Source of the DNA: an uncultured delta proteobacterium
Lineage (GTDB): Bacteria > Desulfobacterota > Desulfomonilia > Desulfomonilales > Desulfomonilaceae
Reading direction: 5' to 3'
Length of the DNA: 64,000 bases
NCBI GenBank assembly: GCA_963789265.1
Contig: CAWBKB010000008.1
Location: forward strand, 1-64,000
The notes under the pieces: model-generated
Told to the model about the DNA's origin: nothing
The model's database searches: none
What the model saw: only the letters and a program-made list of their open reading frames with translations
In this document: piece after piece, positions 9,483-17,820 of the stretch
How the letters are laid out: every line of letters starts with the position of its first letter
Position numbering within the stretch: the stretch's first letter is position 1
Made by a program: the position numbers and the translations under genes

Positions 9483-9524
9483 GGGATGCAGGGGGCGCTG
9501 GTTCAAATCCAGTCGTCCTAACCA
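9483..9524 (+). repeat. tRNA-Pro 3'-half direct repeat (att core, copy E)
   Basis: 39/42 identical to 898-939; followed by the start of the D1 block (GAATTCTTAGAAGACTGTC). Confidence 0.9.
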
Positions 9525-9720
9525 CGAATTCTTAGAAGACTGTCTGGATGTTACGCTTGTGAAGTGAATCCGGATTCTTTCATTCTTATTCCAGATATCG
9601 AAATTGTCGCCTTCAACCGCTTAACTGTTTTTCCACTAGACTGGGGCGATGCAGTAGTGATATGCCGCATACGGATAAGTTGACTTCTCGAATGCAATAC
9701 CGTAATTCTTTGGAAAGAAC

Positions 9721-10098
9721 ATGCCCTTTGTGGAGCTTTTCGTATATCGGGAGACTGATGGAAGCACGCCCTTCCTGGAATGGTTTGAGGGTCAAGATCA
9801 AAAGTGCAAGGACAAGTGTTTCGCAAAGCTAAAGAGATTGGAGGACGAGGGAGTTGCGTTGCGCCGCCCGGTCGCTGATTATGTTGGTGATGGCATCTAT
9901 GAACTCCGCGTGAGGACTGGCCAGGTTCACTACCGAATTCTATATTTCTTCAGCGGGGCCGGAGTGGAGGTCCTATCTCACGGATTAGCCAAAAAGAAGA
10001 GCATCCCGCCAATGGATATTAATCGAGCGGCTAAGCGCAAAAAGCTTTACGAGCAGGACCCTGTGGAGCACTCTTTCAGGTGGGAGCGACCAAAATGA
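9721..10098 (+). CDS. RelE/HigB-like (Gp49-like) type II toxin
   Basis: 'PFLEWF...LRRPVADYVGDGIYELRV...YRILYFF...VLSHGLAK'. Confidence 0.85.
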   Translation: MPFVELFVYRETDGSTPFLEWFEGQDQKCKDKCFAKLKRLEDEGVALRRPVADYVGDGIYELRVRTGQVHYRILYFFSGAGVEVLSHGLAKKKSIPPMDINRAAKRKKLYEQDPVEHSFRWERPK

Positions 10099-10463
10099 CC
10101 CATGAATCGGAAATAAAGTCAGAAGCTCTAAGCTACCTTTATGATCGCTGCTACAAGGACCATCCAGAGCGCCTGGCATCTCTTGAAGAAGAGATGATCA
10201 ATGTTGAAGTGGCGCAATGCCTTTACAATCTTCGGAGCGAGACCGAATTGACCTTAGAAAAATTTGCCGAGTCCGTCGGTGTGGAAGTTTCCGTGATAGA
10301 AGATCTTGAAGAGGCTGACTACGAAGGGAATGCGCTTGCCACCCTGACACGCATAGCAAGTGTGGTGGGGAAAATTGTCCAACTGAAATGGATAGAAACG
10401 AGACCGGAATCGAAAAGTCCAATCGATTCAGGTCATCCGAAAGTGGAAGTTGTCAACGCTTAA
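10095..10463 (+). CDS. XRE-HTH antitoxin (HigA-like)
   Basis: ATGA overlap with the toxin stop; HTH 'LYNLRSETELTLEKFAESVGVEVSVIEDLEEADYEG'. Confidence 0.8.
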   Translation: MTHESEIKSEALSYLYDRCYKDHPERLASLEEEMINVEVAQCLYNLRSETELTLEKFAESVGVEVSVIEDLEEADYEGNALATLTRIASVVGKIVQLKWIETRPESKSPIDSGHPKVEVVNA

Positions 10464-10576
10464 GTATTGAGGGATCTTCCAGACTTTTTGTACACGTTCT
10501 AAAGAATGAAAACGCACCAATAGAGGATTGAAATCGGTCGGCTTTCCTGAAAGATCTTTCGTTTCTGAAAAGGAAA

Positions 10577-10660
10577 GGGGTCAAGTCTACTCTTGACTCA
10601 TCTTCAAGGGACTCGACAGAGGGCGACCCGGCAATATGAGTCAAGAGTAGATTTGACCCC
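10577..10660. repeat. GGGGTC-type REP-like inverted repeat
   Basis: GGGGTCAAGTCTACTCTTGACTCAT ... ATGAGTCAAGAGTAGATTTGACCCC, a near-perfect 25-bp inverted repeat. Confidence 0.85.
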
Positions 10661-10918
10661 TTGCTCAAGCTCCACGTGATGATGCCAAAGAAACAGAATA
10701 GGATAGACAAGGAGATCTTGATCCTGTTGAGTGTCACCGACAAACCTATAAATTGCCTCGGCAGCTCGCCTGTATCCGTCCGTATATGCATACCACGACA
10801 TGCTTTTCGAAGTGCGTGTGAATGAAACGCATGCATTGAGTTTCCACTCATTAGACTTTGTGTAGAGGCTATCTCCTTCTTTAGGATACTCGATTGTCGC
10901 ACATTCCATCTCTTCCAT
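10604..10918 (-). pseudogene. Truncated hypothetical protein (YPILFLxxHxxEL family), ending inside the REP element
   Basis: RBS GAAGGA plus ATG at 10918; the reading frame enters the repeat at 10660 right after 'LLVYPILFLWHHHVELE'. Confidence 0.55.
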
Positions 10919-11008
10919 GTGTCTGACACCGTCCTTCTCTGGTTCGATATTTTCCCCTTGCCGTCGCATATCCTCACTTGTTGGGGAGTAAATTTTTGAT
11001 AGACCAAG

Positions 11009-11153
11009 GTAACCATCCACTTACGAGGGGGAATTGTCGAACCCCTGTCATTGCGAGGAGTGAAACGACGAAGCAATCTAAGTCCTTAGGGGAAGAGATT
11101 GCTTCGCTTCGCTCGCAATGACAATCTTTCGCCGCGCGTAAGTGAATGGATAC
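11009..11153. mobile_element. MITE family A
   Basis: TIRs GTAACCATCCACTTACG / CGTAAGTGAATGGATAC; perfect 8-bp TSD AGACCAAG (11001-11008, 11154-11161). Confidence 0.9.
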
Positions 11154-11234
11154 AGACCAAGATCGTTTTTGATTGCTATTCACAAGACATGCTTTTGTCA
11201 AGGCTATTCATCGAATCCACAGCCGAAGCGTAGA

Positions 11235-11410
11235 GTGTAGTTTGGTGTCCCAGTCGGGTCTATCGGAAGCGAAAGCTGGGAGCGGCTAGAACGAAGGGCT
11301 TGGGAAAGAGGTAGGGAACCCTGGCGCGTTGCGTGGACGGAGGGAGGTCGCCGGGCGATGCCTGAAATCATCCCGTGACCGGCCCGGCGGTAGCCCAAGG
11401 TGGCGACGTC
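11235..11410 (+). other. Structured non-coding segment; possible orphan IS110-family end or ncRNA
   Basis: GC-rich hairpins (AGCGAAAGCT; CGCCGGGC...GCCCGGCG with inner GATG/CATC), no credible ORF, followed by an AT-rich tract ending in CTTGAC. Confidence 0.35.
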
Positions 11411-12024
11411 AGTTCAGGAATATCTGTTTTAATATTATATTTTCATGGGTTATGAGTAAAGCCTTTAACAACTATTAATTTAATTATTGGTTATTCTTTT
11501 AACTTTCTAAAATTTAATGGTACTTTTTTCTTGACTTCTTGTGAGACATGGGCAATTAAATGAAATCAGATAGTTTGACGTGAAGGAAGGGTGTGTTGAG
11601 AAGTTATGCATTTATCCATCCGTTTTATATCAACTTTTAAATACGGTAACTCGCGCATGGGGATCTCATCAGTCCTGATATTCTGATTCCTTTGCAATCC
11701 TCTTGAATGGCGCCGGCATTGAATGTCCTAAACATCCGGGGCTTTACAGACCCTTACCTTGATTGAATGTCCACTCTCAGGGAATGACGGGTCAAAAAAG
11801 CATCCCTCCGCCGGCGCCATTCCTTCTTTACCACATCTTCACAAAATCCATTTCTTCGGCGTTCCCGTTTCAGTAGTTCCTGTGACTCCAAATAAACATC
11901 CGGATGGCCAAACCACCGCTAAATCCGGGCTGAATCCTTTTCAAGAAAACCGCATCTAAAATGAGTAAATTGAAGGACTGTAAATTGTACAGGAATATCT
12001 AAGGCATGACTTGGAGGTTTTAGC

Positions 12025-12333
12025 ATGAAAATCCAACGATATATCAGCGTAATCGCTGTCCTGGTAGTCGGACTGTTTCTCGTGAATGCGTACTGGCCCG
12101 GAGCCACTTTCGCGAAAGGCAAAGTTCAGTGCTACGTGCCTGCGAATTCATGGAGCGTGCCGGCCACGGCTGGTCCAGGGACAGTCTGTACCACATACGT
12201 GCCGTCCACGAAGGCTCCGGTGTGTTCGGTGGTTACAGCCGCTGAAACCCCGTTCGACGTGGTCGCTTCCATACTGCGGTTACCGTTCGACTTAGGAGAA
12301 TGCATACTTGGAAGATGTCCTCAGTCGCCATGA
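12025..12333 (+). CDS. Small exported Cys-containing hypothetical protein
   Basis: Strong RBS GGAGG, signal peptide, 5 Cys, followed by a hairpin. Confidence 0.7.
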   Translation: MKIQRYISVIAVLVVGLFLVNAYWPGATFAKGKVQCYVPANSWSVPATAGPGTVCTTYVPSTKAPVCSVVTAAETPFDVVASILRLPFDLGECILGRCPQSP

Positions 12334-12377
12334 TGGGGATAAACCGGGTCGGTAATTGAGTAACCGAGGCGAAAGCA

Positions 12378-12409
12378 GGTAGGCTCCGGAAGAAATGCCG
12401 GAGCCTACC
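12378..12409 (+). terminator. Stem-loop, probable terminator
   Basis: GGTAGGCTCCGG-8-CCGGAGCCTACC perfect 12-bp stem; no clear U-tract. Confidence 0.5.
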
Positions 12410-12813
12410 GAGTTAACTGAAGATTGTTAATCCTCGGGACAGTCCTGCCAAAGTTGCGAACTCCTATTTTCAGTTCCGGCATGCCGAGATTTTCTTTGGA
12501 GAGTGAAGACCGGGATTGGGCGACGTGGGATCGCGACGTGAAAACGAAAGCCTGGGTGCTGTTTTCTTCTTTGATGCCTTTGGATCCGCCGCCAATTCTG
12601 TTGGCTCAAAATACACTTTTCGAGCCCAGACTATGCAAGGCGTAATTACGAATGTAATGTGTTTGACGTTAGAATTACTACGCCACAACGATTCGTATGA
12701 TACGGATGACATCTTGATTTACGGACACAGGGCGCGGCTCTGCTTCTATCAATTCTATGGCATCCCCGGAATTGCCGGAATTCTTCATGGCCAAGGATAA
12801 TCGCTCTTTTTGG

Positions 12814-12929
12814 CTAAGTATTCAGTTACGAGGGGGAGTTGTTGGCACCCCGCCATTGCGAGAAGTGAAATCCCGCGTCCCGCGGGGCTCGCAATGACAA
12901 TCTTTCGCCGCTCGTAACTGAGGAATTGT
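12814..12929. mobile_element. MITE family A, degenerate
   Basis: TATTCAGTTACGAGGGGGA ... GCAATGACAATCTTTCGCCGCTCGTAACTGA; internal sequence related to 11009-11153; TSD not recognisable. Confidence 0.7.
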
Positions 12930-12939
12930 TTTTTTCCCG

Positions 12940-13869
12940 TCACCACGGATAAAGTAGACCAGGAAAATCAAACGCCAGCGTCGCAGTCGCGCCAATATTC
13001 CAGCTCTCCGAATGATAGGAGACGTCGTATGGTGCGGCGCCGCCCACAAGGGTTTCGCTGAGAGATGTATTGGTCTTTCCATGAAGCCATGTCCCCCTGC
13101 AGAAGATGGCTACCTGCATTGAAGGGGCCACTCTACCGGAATACTGACCGAACAACTCTACAAACTGTGAGCGGGAAAGCGTATCCCGGCCTCCAAGCCA
13201 GCTCTGCGGCCGGATGACGCCTTCATTCTGACTAAGCGTTGACTCAACGTTGATCGTGGCCCAAGGACTGTAGGTTATCCGAACAGTAACTCCCTCCGGT
13301 TGGCCGCACTGGAGGCCGAAATAGGGGATACTGCTGAGGGCGTTCAGGTCAAGCCTCAGGTTGTTGGTAACGAAGGGGGCGAAAAGGATGTTCAAGATAT
13401 CGGGGCTATCAGTATAGAAATTGTGGTGGTCATAGCGAAATCCCAGGACAACCGCACAGGGGCCATTCACTCGATAGGTCCCAAAGGCGTCCAGATACCA
13501 CCAATCGAGATTTGTTCCTATGCTCGCGGTTTGCAGGCGCGGAGTCGCACCCGGGTCCAGGGTGATCGAACCATCAATGTTGTTCGGACAGAGGTACGAA
13601 CCCTGAACAAACAGGCTCACACAGCTTCCGATTTCGGCTTCGGCTCCGCCACCGAGCCAAACTCCTCCGCGATTGGGGATTTCCAGTTTCACATATCGAA
13701 AGAGGGCTCCCGGAAAAGGGCCGTCGCTGGAGGCGGTTAGCGTCTCTCGGCCCCCTTGCAGGGCTACGTATCCGTCAGCCTTCACCTTAAAGGGCGGTTG
13801 ACCCTGTGCAACCCCACACAGGAAAAGCAATGCCACCAAGCAAAGTAGAATACTCCCCGGACTCTTCAT
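12940..13869 (-). CDS. Exported protein, probable outer-membrane beta-barrel; paralog of 6854-7879
   Basis: RBS GGAGGAGG, signal peptide, shared motifs with the paralog. Confidence 0.65.
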   Translation of the reverse strand: MKSPGSILLCLVALLFLCGVAQGQPPFKVKADGYVALQGGRETLTASSDGPFPGALFRYVKLEIPNRGGVWLGGGAEAEIGSCVSLFVQGSYLCPNNIDGSITLDPGATPRLQTASIGTNLDWWYLDAFGTYRVNGPCAVVLGFRYDHHNFYTDSPDILNILFAPFVTNNLRLDLNALSSIPYFGLQCGQPEGVTVRITYSPWATINVESTLSQNEGVIRPQSWLGGRDTLSRSQFVELFGQYSGRVAPSMQVAIFCRGTWLHGKTNTSLSETLVGGAAPYDVSYHSESWNIGATATLAFDFPGLLYPW

Positions 13870-13957
13870 CTCGGATTACCTCCTCCACACCCACCCGCGA
13901 TGCGATGCATCGGGATTCAAACAAATAAGGAATTCTTACAATGAGATTAGCTTTTTT

Positions 13958-13985
13958 AGCATAAACAGAGCGAAAGAAATGTCAA
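13958..13985 (-). promoter_or_regulatory. sigma70-like promoter for the 13869 gene
   Basis: TTGACA-16-TATGCT on the minus strand. Confidence 0.5.
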
Positions 13986-14003
13986 CAAATACTTGTCGCT
14001 CGT

Positions 14004-14285
14004 GTAAGCATTCACTTACGTGGGGGAAGAGGCATTCTGAGCCTCGAAGAGGCGTACTAAGGATAGCCACGCGTGCAACCCGTGGAACACGAATTCTCCT
14101 GGAATTCTGAATGATCGACCCTGAAAGGGTGCCCGCCTGCAACACTTACAGACAGCATTTGGGCGACCCTTCCAGGGTCCTCTTGGACTGTTATTGTTCC
14201 CTTTTCCGTGGGTTTCACCCACGGCTACTTTTGGGTCGCCCCTTTCGGGGCACTGACATCACGCCCCACGTAACTGAATGCAAAC
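14004..14285. mobile_element. MITE family A with a different hairpin cargo
   Basis: TIRs GTAAGCATTCACTTACG / CGTAACTGAATGCAAAC; perfect 9-bp TSD GTCGCTCGT. Confidence 0.9.
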
Positions 14286-14392
14286 GTCGCTCGTAACTTA
14301 GGGATTACCGACCTGTTCTGATTCTTCCTTGATCGGTTTCTTCCATTCCATTAGTGTTGTCCCCACCGTTGGGAAAGTTAACTGGAGGAAGC

Positions 14393-15043
14393 ATGGTAAA
14401 CATCGCGATCGTGGCGCTTGCTTTGGCATTGCTGGCCGGGCTTCTCGTAGCGGAGAAACTGAAACGGTCCGGACTGATCCTGACTTTCAAGACTCCATTA
14501 TCGGCTCTATTTGTGGCGGTCGCAGTAATTCAACCTCACCCCGTCCAGTCTTACTATCATTGGGTACTTGCAGGCCTGGTCCTGGGCCTTATAGGAGATG
14601 TTTGCCTGGCCCTGAAAGGAGACGAGCCTTTCAAAGCCGGTCTCGTAGCGTTCCTGCTCGGCCACATAATGTACGTGGTCGCCTTTTGGGGGCTCACCAG
14701 GCCGCCGGATTGGCTCACCGCCGGACTCGTGCTCATAGTCTTATTTAGTCTTGGAGCCTTCTTTTGGCTGCGCCCGCACCTTGGTGCCATGAGGGCGCCG
14801 GTGGTCATCTATGTCATCGTGATCAGCATTATGCTTGCCGCGGCTTGGGTGGCTTTCCTTAATCCCGGGACGAACGGGAAAGGTTCCTGGATGATTTTCC
14901 TCGGGGCGTTGTGTTTCTATGTGTCCGATCTCTTCGTGGCCAGGGACAGATTCGTGAAGAACCAATTTATTAATCCTCTTTTGGGCTTACCTCTGTACTA
15001 CGCTGGACAGTTCCTCATCGCGGTCTCCGTGGGATTGGTATGA
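14393..15043 (+). CDS. YhhN-family lysoplasmalogenase-like membrane protein
   Basis: 'GLIGDVCL', 'FKAGLVAFLLGHIMY', 'FYVSDLFVARDRF', 'LYYAGQFLIA'. Confidence 0.9.
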   Translation: MVNIAIVALALALLAGLLVAEKLKRSGLILTFKTPLSALFVAVAVIQPHPVQSYYHWVLAGLVLGLIGDVCLALKGDEPFKAGLVAFLLGHIMYVVAFWGLTRPPDWLTAGLVLIVLFSLGAFFWLRPHLGAMRAPVVIYVIVISIMLAAAWVAFLNPGTNGKGSWMIFLGALCFYVSDLFVARDRFVKNQFINPLLGLPLYYAGQFLIAVSVGLV

Positions 15044-15267
15044 TTCAGATTGGGAGGGCACGCGAAGAACCCGTGACGCCCGCGAAGTGTCCGGCCACGA
15101 GCTGCCTTGCCGGAGCATCTAATGCGCCTCTGCTCTTAAGATTTTTGCGATTTCATTACCCCGAAGCTAGGGGACTCAAAGGCTCCATGGTGGTTTTTTC
15201 ATTGCGACCGGCGCTAAATTTTTGCTCTCACTTTTTAGGATAAAGGGGGTAGATCGGGCACAAGACA

Positions 15268-15378
15268 GGCACTTTTTTGGGGTCACTTAGTGGCCGCTGA
15301 CGCACCTCGATCATTTGCAATGTATGCTGTTTTTACAGAGAAATATCGGAAGACGGCTCCGGAATTAGCCGGTTGTAA
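15268..15378 (+). repeat. Upstream arm block U2 (copy 2)
   Basis: Diverged match to 8590-8707. Confidence 0.8.
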
Positions 15379-15426
15379 GCATTCAGGACGTACGGGTCGG
15401 CGGTTCAAATCCGGCGGTCCCAACCA
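15379..15426 (+). repeat. tRNA-Pro 3'-half direct repeat (att core, copy F, most distal and most decayed)
   Basis: 38/48 identical to 892-939; retains GGTTCAAATCC and ACCA. Confidence 0.8.
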
Positions 15427-15472
15427 CAATTAGAGCATCCGTTGTCCATTTGTTGTCCGTAAGGCTTCCGTT

Positions 15473-17701
15473 TCAGAAATTTAGGGTCAAAAGGATCGAT
15501 GAAAGATTTCCATCGGGACCGATTGTCTCCGCGTCATTTCTTCTGAATAGGTCTCTTCCCGCTTTGTCTTCTATCATTTGAATGGATCTTTTCATGTGTC
15601 GAACAAATTCGGCTGCGGGCATCATCTCCCCGTAGGTTCTGGTAAAGGAATATATGCAGACATCATCTTTTTCCATTTCCTGGGCTATGTCCCTAGCGTC
15701 ATTTAAGAGTTGCAAGGCTCTCTTGACCACGCCGACCGTTCGCACGGGAAAGCAGTCCCACCATGCAACCGCCATGCAGAAATAGGTGGTGGGGCGATAT
15801 GCCTGGAGTGAAATCGAATCATCGTGAACTGTAAAATTGCTCATGAAGATTTTTTCTACGAAATCATGTTGGCGTTGCTTGGGAAGCTCTCTTCTCCGGT
15901 AGCCGACCAGCCCACGGAAATCTTCGCTCGGCTGCATCACAACCTCAGGTTTAGCATCGACCGGTTTTTCAGAATTGATGAAAATTTCTTCATCGTTTCT
16001 TAGAATCGCATCCAGTACTTTCACCGTAGCGAGCAGGTAGCCGGACCGGAGCGCGGACGGTGAAACAGTCATACCCCTGCGAAAAAGTTCTTCAGCCTTA
16101 TCGAGCGACAGAAAAACTGCTTTCTTTGATCCTTCGATGTCATGCTGTCCCTGAAAAAAGCCTTTGCCCTTTCGCATATATCTCAAGGTCAGCATGGCTT
16201 TTGCCAGATATATGCCTGCGTATTCACAGTAGAAATCTTCCGCCTGGCTCGTGCAATGCTCTTGGATATATAAAGCTTCTTGTTCTGCCTGTTTAAATAG
16301 GTTTTCACTAATGGACCAAGATTGGGCGTCGAGCGCCAAGTTGCGAAAAAGCAGCATTCGGAAGGTTCTGGCGTTCAAATGGGTTGGGTCGAGACTGAGG
16401 ACGATGCGAATAATCTCAAGAGCTTCCCAAAATCGTCGTCTGTAATAAAGTGTCTTGGCAATTTCCAGACCGAGGAGTGAATTATGGGGGAAGGTAAAGA
16501 ATGTGGTAACGGCATTTTGTTCATCGATTAGTTCTGGTTGTTGGTCCATTTCCACGGGAGGCCAAAGCAGCCTTGTGAGAGCCTCCACAGACGACGGATT
16601 ATTTTGGAGAACTTTGTCTCCCAGCAAACCGGGGACAAAATCAAAATAAATCGTGGTCCACAGCTCCACGATCCACCATATATTAAGGGTTTCCCCGTTG
16701 AACAATGTGGTTTCGAAAGGCTGGCAGCACAGTTCAGCGCGAATATCATTGATTAGCAGGCATTGGCGTACATAGTCAATCACGCGGATGACGGGATCGG
16801 CAGGCAGTTTTGCATTCAAGATAGGAAGCAAATATTTGTCCAAGCCGGCAAATTCCCCCGCGGCGATTCCGATGGACAAGAACCTCTTTTGGGTGCCATA
16901 TCTGGACAATGCCCACCGAACGGCCATCTGATGGGCCAGTGAAACAGCTCTGGTGAGACATTGGCGATAAGATGCCGGGCCGTTGACTTCCTCTTCTTTT
17001 GGGAGATCAACATACAAAGTAGTTATGTCGTGAGACCTGACTTTGCCCCATCGGCCGTGAAGAAATCGGCCCGCTGATTGTTCAATGCACTCTTTAAGGT
17101 GTTTTTTCAGCCAGCTTATGATCTCATGATCGACCACGTCTCCCCTGCTGTACAAGGCGAAGCCCATTCTGACGCCTTCTTTATAATCCGCCGGCTGCCC
17201 GCTTTCACTACACAACTGCATCAATGTCTCAAAATTCCAACTCCCATCCAAATATGCCCGCTCATGACCAATCCAAAACGCGATACTTCTGAGCGCATTC
17301 TGTTTATGGAGCGTATCAGCCGGTTCCCTTTTCAGTCGCGTCAGCATAGAGTTGCTCACCTTGGGTAAGTCAATTTTGTTTTGCGCAAGAAAGGAATTGA
17401 TGCGGCCGGTTAAAGTTCGAGCGGATAAATGAAGTTCCAGGAGATCCTCTTTCTTTTCAAACAACTCCCCAAAACTGAGATTCTTCGGCGGCGTGCAGTC
17501 TCTCGGGGCTTTGGCATTGCTCCGTATAAAATCTCTAAGTTTATCCTGATCCGGAGAGTCGATGATACGATTTCGGACTGCATAATCGACAAATGACTGA
17601 ATGGTTCCGAGGTTCCCGCTGTCTCTCGAAAACGTGACAAATGTCTCAAAAGTCGGGAAGACGGCCAAGAGGGCCGATCTTGCTTTGTCGTTCTTTGTCA
17701 T
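15473..17701 (-). CDS. 742-aa multidomain hypothetical protein (putative HTH + degenerate class III cyclase-like + TPR)
   Basis: Long ORF with GGAGGA RBS; TPR-like 'AKTLYYRRRFWEALEIIRIVLSLDPTHLNAR'; cyclase-like 'LSIGIAAGEF'. Confidence 0.6.
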   Translation of the reverse strand: MTKNDKARSALLAVFPTFETFVTFSRDSGNLGTIQSFVDYAVRNRIIDSPDQDKLRDFIRSNAKAPRDCTPPKNLSFGELFEKKEDLLELHLSARTLTGRINSFLAQNKIDLPKVSNSMLTRLKREPADTLHKQNALRSIAFWIGHERAYLDGSWNFETLMQLCSESGQPADYKEGVRMGFALYSRGDVVDHEIISWLKKHLKECIEQSAGRFLHGRWGKVRSHDITTLYVDLPKEEEVNGPASYRQCLTRAVSLAHQMAVRWALSRYGTQKRFLSIGIAAGEFAGLDKYLLPILNAKLPADPVIRVIDYVRQCLLINDIRAELCCQPFETTLFNGETLNIWWIVELWTTIYFDFVPGLLGDKVLQNNPSSVEALTRLLWPPVEMDQQPELIDEQNAVTTFFTFPHNSLLGLEIAKTLYYRRRFWEALEIIRIVLSLDPTHLNARTFRMLLFRNLALDAQSWSISENLFKQAEQEALYIQEHCTSQAEDFYCEYAGIYLAKAMLTLRYMRKGKGFFQGQHDIEGSKKAVFLSLDKAEELFRRGMTVSPSALRSGYLLATVKVLDAILRNDEEIFINSEKPVDAKPEVVMQPSEDFRGLVGYRRRELPKQRQHDFVEKIFMSNFTVHDDSISLQAYRPTTYFCMAVAWWDCFPVRTVGVVKRALQLLNDARDIAQEMEKDDVCIYSFTRTYGEMMPAAEFVRHMKRSIQMIEDKAGRDLFRRNDAETIGPDGNLSSILLTLNF

Positions 17702-17806
17702 GGACGATTCCTCCGTAAGGCTGAGCCGGGGACTGTTGTTTCACCCAAATCACAACCGTCGCAAATGGAAGAGAGATACACGCGGGTGTTTCGGCGTGAA
17801 ACGCGA

Positions 17807-17820
17807 TATTTCATGAAATA
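17807..17820. promoter_or_regulatory. Perfect 14-bp palindrome in the divergent intergenic region; candidate operator
   Basis: TATTTCATGAAATA, 10 bp upstream of TTGACA (17831-17836). Confidence 0.45.

Noticed and set aside
12470..12712. IS200 TnpA remnant
   Set aside because: Only a vague N-terminal resemblance (YESL..NVKHITF..RKVYF), with no HUH motif; too weak to call.
1787..15426. Additional functional tRNA genes
   Set aside because: All five copies lack the 5' acceptor strand and D-arm, so they cannot form cloverleafs.
863..15426. CRISPR array or classical integron
   Set aside because: Spacing is 0.8-5.9 kb with genes in between, the repeats are tRNA-derived, and I saw no cas, intI or attC-type structures.
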